32,000 nucleotides of DNA, taken from NCBI RefSeq assembly GCF_001412615.1, contig NZ_CP013011.1:1230001-1262000 (forward strand), written 5' to 3'. The translations under genes and the position numbers were made by a program. Below the pieces are notes generated by a model. That model was not told the origin of the DNA, searched no databases, and was given only the letters and a program-made list of their open reading frames with translations. Origin of the DNA: Pyrodictium delaneyi (GTDB lineage: Archaea; Thermoproteota; Thermoprotei_A; Sulfolobales; Pyrodictiaceae). Below are positions 7,360-14,090 of this stretch, one piece after another. Positions within the stretch are counted from its first letter, which is position 1. Each line of letters begins with the position of its first letter.

Positions 7360-7798
7360 GCTCTATCACCTCCCCCAGCCTCTTCCCCCGAACCTGTGGG
7401 AGGCTGTAGACATAGCGTATGAGTTCCTCGAGGCTGCGGCCCCGCCACCAGCTGGCAACCCTCTCCACAGCCAAGCGAGCATCATCATCGAGTGATAGAG
7501 CGGCGGGCCTCCGGGCCGCCCGGTACTCTATCTTGCGCACCGTAAGCGTCCAGACGTCGATAATCCTCTCTACGTCCACGAGGCCTTGCTCCTCCAACGC
7601 ATCGAGGACGTCGAGCACCTCCCGGGAGAACGGCCCATAGTGCCAGCGTAGCCAGTGGAAGAGAGGCTTCCGCCCCCTCCGCGCCAGCTCCAGGTCAACC
7701 AGAAACATCATCTTAACTATCTCTGTGCGCGATGCGGGCCTCCCCAGCACCTCTAGCAAGTAATGAACGGCTGCCTGACGCCTATCCAACCTTGGCAC
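7349..7798 (-). CDS. Panacea (DUF4065 / SocA-like) antitoxin-domain protein (149 aa).
   Basis: The pattern ...RTEIVKMMFLVDLELARRGRKPLFHWLRWHYGPFSREVLDVLDALEEQGLV... and the C-terminal part ...RVASWWRGRSLEELIRYVYSLPQ... match my memory of the DUF4065 consensus (KLxKLxYxxD...G.PLF...F.AW.YGP...v...). An AT-rich TATA-like stretch lies upstream at about 7830-7865. Confidence 0.7.
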   Translation of the reverse strand: MPRLDRRQAAVHYLLEVLGRPASRTEIVKMMFLVDLELARRGRKPLFHWLRWHYGPFSREVLDVLDALEEQGLVDVERIIDVWTLTVRKIEYRAARRPAALSLDDDARLAVERVASWWRGRSLEELIRYVYSLPQVRGKRLGEVIELEQ

Positions 7799-7974
7799 AA
7801 GCTTATCCCCACACGCCCTCCTGTACTACGGGTACTCATATAACAAGTCTTTTATTTATTCACCTATAACAGTCTAGCGGGCCGGTTTACACGGCACATA
7901 CTCCACACCACCCGAACATAGCTATGTGGGGCCTAGGACACGCATAGCGGTAATACTGCTCTGGTTATTGTATG

Positions 7975-9084
7975 TTAGTGTATGTTAGCGGCGTCGCTCT
8001 GGGCGGGGCTCTGCGCCTCTAGCCTGGTGTTGTGATTTCTGCTAGTACTGGTTTTGCTCCTGCTATTCTTGCTACTGCCTGTCCTCTGGGGGTTGAGGAG
8101 TAGTGTGGCTAGCTCGGTGCGTGCCTCGGGTCTGGGTGCTAGTTGTTCTGCGAGGCGGTGGGCTGGCTCGGTGCCTGGCTGGCGGTGTGCTATGATTGTG
8201 TGTAGGTTGTGTATGTGTGGGGCTGGGTGTGAGGCGACTAGGATTAGGCGGGTGTTCTTCTTCCTGGCTTCGAGGAGTAGCTGCTCCATGGGCGTGGCTG
8301 GGGCTGTGGTGTTGTGGGCTTCCTCGACGGCGAGGTATAGGAGGGGGTCTTGGCCTGGGCGGCGGTGTTGCTGGAGGTGGGCGGCGACGGCGTGGGCGTA
8401 GAGGCTGCGGCTGCGTGGCGGGAGCCCGCTGAGGTCGACGGCGTATACCCGGCTTGGCCTGGGCTCGGCTGGGTCGAGCTTCTTGCCGGGCCCGGACTTC
8501 AGGAACTCTAGGACTGGGCGGAGTGCCTGGAGCCTCCGCTGTAGCGCGTAGATGCTGTTCCTCACGTCGCGGGCAGGCACGCTCTCGGCTCTCTCCTCGA
8601 GGGCTCTTAGGACTGTGTGTATCCGCCGCCGGGTCGTGGAGAGGGTCTTGGCGAGCAGGATGTGCATGAGGGGGCTTAGCTGGTAGCTCTCGCCGAGCAC
8701 GGCTAGGAGGCTCTCGAGCGCCTCGGCGGCCTCGCGGGGGTCCGGGGCGCCTAGCAGGCTGGCTCGCAGCTCGCTGGGCTCGAGGGCCTCGTCGGCCGTG
8801 TCGGTGTGCTCGCCCTCCCAGTCGAGGATGACAACGGAGGCGCCTTGCCGGGCCAGGGCGCGTGCGAGGGCCTTCAGCGTGGTGGACTTGCCAGAGCCCG
8901 TGGCGCCGAGTATCCCCGTGTGGCCGAGGTCTACGGGGGCCCGGAGGACTGCGCGGCGGCGGCCGCCCGGCCCCAGCACGTAGCCGACGGGGGCGCCCCG
9001 GGCCCAGGGCTCCCGGGTGGAGAGTAGTGGCCAGCCCAGCCCCCGGGCATGGCCATGGACCATGGGAAGCTGCGGCCGCGGCAC
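7975..9084 (-). CDS. Compact HerA/FtsK-like (DUF87-type) P-loop ATPase (369 aa).
   Basis: Walker A is HTGILGATGSGKST (codons about 8884-8907). The Walker B-like motif is LLYLAVEEAH. The pattern VVILDWEGEH is typical of HerA/VirB4-like ATPases. The C-terminal tail is low-complexity and S/T/N-rich. The alternative-frame ORFs in this region are R/G/A junk. Confidence 0.75.
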   Translation of the reverse strand: MPRPQLPMVHGHARGLGWPLLSTREPWARGAPVGYVLGPGGRRRAVLRAPVDLGHTGILGATGSGKSTTLKALARALARQGASVVILDWEGEHTDTADEALEPSELRASLLGAPDPREAAEALESLLAVLGESYQLSPLMHILLAKTLSTTRRRIHTVLRALEERAESVPARDVRNSIYALQRRLQALRPVLEFLKSGPGKKLDPAEPRPSRVYAVDLSGLPPRSRSLYAHAVAAHLQQHRRPGQDPLLYLAVEEAHNTTAPATPMEQLLLEARKKNTRLILVASHPAPHIHNLHTIIAHRQPGTEPAHRLAEQLAPRPEARTELATLLLNPQRTGSSKNSRSKTSTSRNHNTRLEAQSPAQSDAANIH

Positions 9085-9825
9085 AGCTCCGGCACGTCGC
9101 CGGCCTCGGCTACGCGGCCCTCTAGGAGGCTGCAGAGGGCCGGCTCCGGCTGGCTGCAGCCTCCCTGGCCCCTGGTGAAGGCTTCCCGGGCCGGGGTACC
9201 CGGCTCCATCCTCAGACTGGAGCTGGGCGGCAGGGACTACTTTGTCGGCCTAGGAGCTCTCTCCCTGGTGTTCTACTCCAGGCTCCACCAGCTCTGCAGC
9301 GTAGAGCGCAGCGTCGGCTGCTTCGAGCACTGCCTACACCGGTGCAGGGCCGGGGCGAGCGACGGCGGCGCGCTCCTCGTCTACACGGTGGGGCCCCGCG
9401 GGGAGCCACGGGGGCTCGCCGTCTGCCCAGCATGCATAGCTCTGAGGGACAGCATACTGGGAGGCTTGTGGAGCTTCCGCGAGGCCTCGGAGCGGGCCTG
9501 GCGGCTACACCTCGAGGCCCGGGCGAGCTGCTCTAGCAGCTCCCAGGCCCTGGAGAGGCAGCCCTCTACCGCGAGCACCTCGCCGCAGACGACGCCGCAG
9601 CACATGCTCCCGCTCCGGCAAACCAGCATCCTGGCCTCTTCGTCGTCTACGCCGACCTCGCTTCGGAACGCCTCCTCCCACCTCTCGGCTAGGAGCTTCC
9701 CCAGCCCCTCGTTAGGGCTCAGCCCGCCCCCGGGTAGCAGAGTCCCCTGGGGGCCCCAGACCGGGGTAGCCGAAAACGTACCCCTATCCTCCGGTGGCAG
9801 GAGCCCGGGGCTGCTAGGGCTTTAG
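9049..9825 (+). other. GC-rich segment with unresolved coding assignment. It is either an intact 258-aa + ORF or the frameshifted remnants of a minus-strand gene upstream of the ATPase.
   Basis: The + ORF is protein-like only in its middle (LELGGRDYFVGLGALSLVFYSRL..CFEHCLHRC..CPACIAL) and S/T/P-rich junk at both ends. The minus strand is protein-like in three different frames in succession, for example GKLLAERWEEAFRSEVGVDDEEARMLVCRSG... and AVLEAADAALYAAELVEPGVEH. It carries in-frame TAG stops and has no usable start codon. Confidence 0.2.
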
Positions 9826-9967
9826 ATTCCAAGGCCTAAGCGACAAGGTATATTACGCACTTGCTGCTAAGAGGGTAACTATAAGGGTGCTGCGGTCTTG
9901 GCGTATGGTATTGCTGTAGTTTTGTCCCAGCTCTGTGTGAATGCTTGAGTTCATGAATCTTGTTCTC

Positions 9968-9981
9968 GGGGGGGGGGGGGG
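9968..9981 (+). repeat. Homopolymeric G14 tract ending 4 nt upstream of the ATG of ORF 9986..10396.
   Basis: Counted directly from the sequence: ...gttctc G(14) atga ATG... Confidence 0.95.
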
Positions 9982-9985
9982 ATGA

Positions 9986-10396
9986 ATGGATACACATCGG
10001 AGGGAAGAGCATAAGGGAGTCTGTTATAGTGGCGGTCTATACGAGCTGATGCACCGTTTTCAAGGCACAGCATTGGAGAGTATTGATGTGCCAGACGAGA
10101 TCATTCATGCCATACGTACTGCGTATACTGTTATAGAAGGCGATTGTGAACTGCTAGAGAAAATACTAGTACGTGTTAGGGAGGTAGCTAGAGGAATCAA
10201 CCCGGACGCGCACGACGCCTTTACCGCCCTGCTACAAGGGCTTCTCTCAGCCGCTGATAGCCATAGGATAAGCTTGATGTGGAATGAGGTCAATATTGAG
10301 ATAAAGGATGAGGAACAAAGCGGTAGGAGGCTCAGCGTTACTATCCGCGGCATACCTAAGGAGGCCTTAATTACTCTCAGGATCTATAACACTTAG
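9986..10396 (+). CDS. Small hypothetical protein, paralogue A (136 aa) of ORF 14091..14642.
   Basis: It shares colinear blocks with the other copy: (G)xCYSG, EGDC-L, LMWNEV-IE and RG-P. No family is recognised. A possible shorter form starts at ATG 10049. Confidence 0.55.
   Translation: MDTHRREEHKGVCYSGGLYELMHRFQGTALESIDVPDEIIHAIRTAYTVIEGDCELLEKILVRVREVARGINPDAHDAFTALLQGLLSAADSHRISLMWNEVNIEIKDEEQSGRRLSVTIRGIPKEALITLRIYNT
10020..10033 (+). promoter_or_regulatory. Conserved 14-mer TCTGTTATAGTGGC, copy 1 (the identical copy is at 14254-14267). It contains a TTATAG TATA-like core.
   Basis: The 14-nt match is exact in two otherwise strongly diverged paralogous loci, and both copies lie downstream of a poly-G tract. 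The promoter role is a hypothesis only. Confidence 0.3.
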
Positions 10397-10915
10397 AAGG
10401 AATCAATCGGGCACCGTGGTGGGTGAATAGCTGCGTCGCAATGGAGTCTCTCTAACAGGTTTAGTCTCATCAACGCTTGTCGAGCGGGCTTGTGGAGCTT
10501 CCGGACTGCAAGGCTATATGGGGGTTAATATAGGGGTTATGGAGAGTGATGCCATAATATGCCTAGGCTGGAGGTATTGTAGTCCTCACCATACCTTCAT
10601 ATTAGGCATCTCGTGACTTTCGTAATGCGCTACAGTGATGGCATGCCGGCAACTGCAATGGGGCAGTCTTGATTCATGGCTCCATAGTTCCTCCTGGCTC
10701 TGGTTTACATAGGGCTTGCGGGCTGTGTGAGATAGTAGAGATTTGTAGCTTAGACCTTCTAATAAATGTGTACATGTGTTACGTAGAGAAGTATTAAGAT
10801 ATAAGCTGAACAGCTTCATAAAGCCATGATAGTTGGATTAATGCCTCTAAGTTATGTTGTTTTTAGTAGCATGTTGATAACATTGTTGCGGTACCTAATG
10901 GAATTTCAGTAGAAG

Positions 10916-11704
10916 CTAGCATGTTTTTTTCTGTACTGCTATTGCAAGATAGCGCTGCAATTCACGGTAAGCCTTGGGGCAGTCGAAGCCTAGGCTCTTC
11001 CTATAGTGCTTACACCGTTTTCTACACTCGACGACGAAAGGAAGTATTAGTCTCCCATGTACGAAAAGTATTATCTTATGGTGCTCAGTATGTATCGTTA
11101 GCGGTAGTGTTTTCGAGATGCTTTTGAGGGCGAGCTGGATGCCTTCGCGGAGGTAGTCTGGTGGTATCCCGTACCCGGAGGCGATCTCGTCTAGGGCCTC
11201 TGTGATGCCGGTGCCGTCGCGTATGTGTGCTAGTATCGCGTCTTTTAGTAGTCTTAGTACGTGTATGGAGGCTTCGTCGAATTTGCAGATTGTTATGCTT
11301 GTTAGGTCTAGTCTCCGTTTCTCGGCCTCGAGGCCTAGGAGGTATAGGAATCCGAGTAGCTCCTTGGCTGTGACTTGGAAGCCCCAGGCGTCGCTGATGC
11401 ATCTTGCTAGCGTGCCTGCGGTGATTAACCTGCTGGTGTAGAGTGCTATGCACCCCTTGGCGGATAGTGCTAGGCTCCCCTTGTTGGACTCTATGGGTAG
11501 GAGGACGCGCTTCTCTACTAGCTTCTTTGCCTTGCGGTAGACTGTTGCTGTGTTTATGTGTGCTAGGCGTGCTATGCGGTAGGGTGTCGCTGTGCCGGTT
11601 CTGAGGTACCAGAGTAGTATCCTCTTTTCGTTATCGTCCATTTCGGGTATTAGGCGTTGCCACAGCCTCTGTACCCTCTCTTCGAATGCATCGAGGGTTT
11701 GCAT
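10916..11704 (-). CDS. Winged-helix (TrmB/MarR-like) transcription regulator with a Cys-rich C-terminus.
   Basis: The N-terminal wHTH pattern is EKRILLWYLRTGTATPYRIARLAHINTATVYRKAKKLVEKRVLL. The C-terminus ECRKRCKHY..FDCPKAY...KKTC has 4-5 Cys. I prefer the ATG at 11704, preceded by AGGAGGTGG, over the track start at 11728. The gene is divergent from the cytochrome operon. Confidence 0.75.
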   Translation of the reverse strand: MQTLDAFEERVQRLWQRLIPEMDDNEKRILLWYLRTGTATPYRIARLAHINTATVYRKAKKLVEKRVLLPIESNKGSLALSAKGCIALYTSRLITAGTLARCISDAWGFQVTAKELLGFLYLLGLEAEKRRLDLTSITICKFDEASIHVLRLLKDAILAHIRDGTGITEALDEIASGYGIPPDYLREGIQLALKSISKTLPLTIHTEHHKIILFVHGRLILPFVVECRKRCKHYRKSLGFDCPKAYRELQRYLAIAVQKKTC

Positions 11705-11771
11705 ATTCCACCTCCTATCGCTACCCAATTGTCTTAAGTAAATGCCTAATTAATACTTGTTGATAATAGAG

Positions 11772-11794
11772 TCTTCTCAAAAGCCTTGAGAATA
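11772..11794. promoter_or_regulatory. Palindrome TTCTCAA-N5-TTGAGAA in the divergent regulator/cytochrome intergenic region; a candidate operator.
   Basis: Perfect 7-bp inverted arms lie at 11774-11780 and 11786-11792, inside the AT-rich 186-bp divergent promoter region. Confidence 0.3.
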
Positions 11795-11890
11795 TGTTCT
11801 TGGCGAGCATAGTCAATATTTGCTAACATTCTAGATAATAAAATGAATTAGATTCGATGGTGGTGATGGCTACCAACCTGGAGTCCGGCG

Positions 11891-12925
11891 ATGGTGTCTA
11901 GGAGGGAATTCGTAAAGAAGACCATGCTAGTCGTCCTAGGAGGCCTAGCAGTATCGCGCCTAACACCCCTAGCCCGTGCAGCCGGGGAGGCCGCGGGGCA
12001 GGAGGCTCCATCACTCCCATGGCCCTACGTAGAGCTGGACCCGGAGGAGACCCGGAAGCTAGGCCACCTAGGGTACTACATGTTCGAGTGCGCGGGCGGA
12101 GCCTTCTGGGCGATAACAGTCCAGCTCAAGGAGAAGATAGGCTACCCGTGGACCCTCCTACCCATACCATCGCGTGAGGAGGTCATGAAGGCCCTGGAGG
12201 AGGGGAGGCACATCCCCGGCCTCATGCAGTATGGCTACGGCGGCGCCGTGGGCTGGGCGAGCCTATGCGGCTCGCTGAACGGCGCCCTCATGGCGATAAA
12301 CATGGTGCTCGGCGAGAAGGCGGAGTGGGACAAGATAGGGAAGCTCTTGATGAGGTACTATGAGACTACGCCTCTGCCGACTGAGAAGAGCAACGAGTAC
12401 GCGGTTAAGGGGGAGTTCTACGTCAAGAAGCTCAAGAGCGACAAGTGGCTCCCGCAGAGCGTGAGCGGCTCAGTACTATGCCACGTATCCGTGAGCAAGT
12501 GGTGCCGGGTCTCCGGCTACGCGAGCGGCTCCAAGGAGAGGGCGGAGCGCTGCGCCCGCCTAACCGGGGACATAGCGGCTAGGGCGGTCGAGCTGCTAAA
12601 CGCCTACAAGCGTGGCAGACTCGAGGAGGTAGCAGCTTCGCTCACACTGTCACCCACTACTGCTAGCTGCCGTGTCTGCCACTATAAGGGCAAGGACTAT
12701 GAGATAGGGCAGTTCACGCGCGGCTACATGCAGTGCGAGAGCTGCCACACCGACATGAGGCCCCACGCTCACACCTTCGTAGACATAGCTAGGCCTAGCA
12801 GCGAGCCCGCGGAAGAGGCTGGCTCGTCTAAGGGGCTCCTCGCAGCCGGCGCAGCAGCTGGCGCAGCCATAGGAGTGGTAGCTGGTGCACTAGCATCCTC
12901 GAAGAACAAGGAGGAGCGGCAGTAG
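11891..12925 (+). CDS. Tat-signal, membrane-anchored dihaem c-type cytochrome fused to a C_GCAxxG_C_C-type redox domain (split-Soret-cytochrome-like architecture).
   Basis: - The twin-arginine motif is MVSRREFVKK followed by a hydrophobic stretch and ARA.
- The N-terminal domain blocks YMFECAGGAFWAI, SLCGSLNGALMAINMVLG and LCHVSVSKWC...RC fit the C_GCAxxG_C_C family.
- There are two CxxCH haem-c motifs: CRVCH (12668-12682) and CESCH.
- The C-terminal Ala/Gly-rich TM helix is followed by KNKEERQ. Confidence 0.8.
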   Translation: MVSRREFVKKTMLVVLGGLAVSRLTPLARAAGEAAGQEAPSLPWPYVELDPEETRKLGHLGYYMFECAGGAFWAITVQLKEKIGYPWTLLPIPSREEVMKALEEGRHIPGLMQYGYGGAVGWASLCGSLNGALMAINMVLGEKAEWDKIGKLLMRYYETTPLPTEKSNEYAVKGEFYVKKLKSDKWLPQSVSGSVLCHVSVSKWCRVSGYASGSKERAERCARLTGDIAARAVELLNAYKRGRLEEVAASLTLSPTTASCRVCHYKGKDYEIGQFTRGYMQCESCHTDMRPHAHTFVDIARPSSEPAEEAGSSKGLLAAGAAAGAAIGVVAGALASSKNKEERQ

Positions 12926-12960
12926 CGAGCCTAGCTGAGCCATGTTGACGGCGTAGGGGG

Positions 12961-13968
12961 GTGGTTAGTGGTTTGTCGGCGCGCTCCAGCCTCGGGAGCC
13001 TCATAGGGAGCCTAATAGGTACACTCGTACTGCTCGGCTTAGGCTGGCTACTCGTCTACAAGTACGCCATAGAGGTGCTACTCCGGGACGGTGCTGTGAA
13101 GCTCCAGGAGATAAGCAGTATAAACCTGTCCAGCACCCTGTGGTGGCGCAGCTTCATAGCCGTAGCCTTCGACGTACTCATAATAGTGATAGCTGTCATC
13201 GGCACGTGGTGGGTGCTAGCGAACTTCATCGTAGAAGCGCGCGAAGCCGGTAAGTGGAGGAGGTACTACAGGAGCGAGGAGGCGAAGAAGGACAAGTGGG
13301 TGCAGAGGCTCTCCCTCTGGCAGCGCCTCCAGCACCTATGGATGATAATAACGTTCACAGTATGTGCTGTGACGGGTATGGCTGCGCACCTGGACGTGCT
13401 GGCGCCCAGGCAGACACTACTCACGATACATGTATACTCGGGTATAGCCATGGGGCTACTAGCTATCATACACTTCGCACAGTATACGACGATGGCGCTG
13501 ATAGCTAAGGCCCGCGGGGAGAGCCTACGCGAGAAGTTCCCGATGCTAGAGATCTATAGTAGGAAGTTCATACGCGGCGTGGTAAAGACCCTGCTGAGGC
13601 CCTTCAACCCGAGGATGAAGCCGGAGCCCTTCGGCAAGTATGATCCAGAGCAGCTCTTCGAGTACTGGGGCATCTACTGGGGTATGGCGGTACTAGGGAT
13701 ACCAGGTGTAGCGATACTGTTATACGGCCCCGATGTGCTCGGCGGAGTCCTCTGGGTCATGCACTTCAAAGAGGCGATACTAGCTATAACATTCATACTA
13801 ATGGTACATATAGCATACACGCACTTTAGGCCGAAGATATTCCCAATGGATCCAACATTCATCCATGGCAAGATGCCGGTGAAGCGGGCTAAGGAAGAAC
13901 ACCCCGAATGGATACGTGAGCTAACGGGTTCGAGTGACCCAGCACTTACAGCCGATGATAGCAAGTAA
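12961..13968 (+). CDS. Membrane dihaem cytochrome b (Ni/Fe-hydrogenase / formate dehydrogenase gamma-type b subunit family).
   Basis: It is multi-TM with paired His in the helices: QHLWMIITFTVCAVTGMAAH, IHVYSGIAMGLLAIIHF and MHFKEAILAITFILMVHIAYTHF. It lies 35 nt downstream of the cytochrome c gene on the same strand. Confidence 0.75.
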   Translation: MVSGLSARSSLGSLIGSLIGTLVLLGLGWLLVYKYAIEVLLRDGAVKLQEISSINLSSTLWWRSFIAVAFDVLIIVIAVIGTWWVLANFIVEAREAGKWRRYYRSEEAKKDKWVQRLSLWQRLQHLWMIITFTVCAVTGMAAHLDVLAPRQTLLTIHVYSGIAMGLLAIIHFAQYTTMALIAKARGESLREKFPMLEIYSRKFIRGVVKTLLRPFNPRMKPEPFGKYDPEQLFEYWGIYWGMAVLGIPGVAILLYGPDVLGGVLWVMHFKEAILAITFILMVHIAYTHFRPKIFPMDPTFIHGKMPVKRAKEEHPEWIRELTGSSDPALTADDSK

Positions 13969-14090
13969 GAATAGTACATAGTCCCGTACAAGGCTGAAAT
14001 ATTTTAATATTTTTATTATATATGTTTATGCTAAAATGTATGTTTGCTTAGAGTTTTGGGTTTGATTAAAGTTGGGTTCTAGTAAGCTGT

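Noticed and set aside
7969-7988. A tandem 10-bp duplication tgtatgttag x2 across the stop codon of the ATPase gene.
   Set aside because: It has only two copies and no further structure. It is most simply a small slippage duplication without evident function.
8054-9209. A cluster of + and - ORFs (8054..8401, 8196..8432, 8454..8669, 8798..9125, 8931..9209).
   Set aside because: They are alternative or antisense frames of the HerA-like ATPase gene with R/G/A/C-rich products. Only the N-terminal about 40 aa of 8931..9209 looked protein-like, and that is discussed under the degraded upstream region.
10586-10819. A 77-aa minus-strand ORF in the AT-rich spacer.
   Set aside because: It has no motif, odd composition (many S/H/C/L) and no obvious start context. 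It is probably chance in non-coding DNA. I could not identify any RNA fold there either.
2440-10915. A duplicated tRNA-Pro 3' fragment (attL/attR) that would delimit an integrated element.
   Set aside because: I looked for gttcaaatcc / cccggcggcccc-like strings downstream and found none. The closest hit, ttcaaat at about 14553, has no flanking match. A short att site could still be missed without a computational search.
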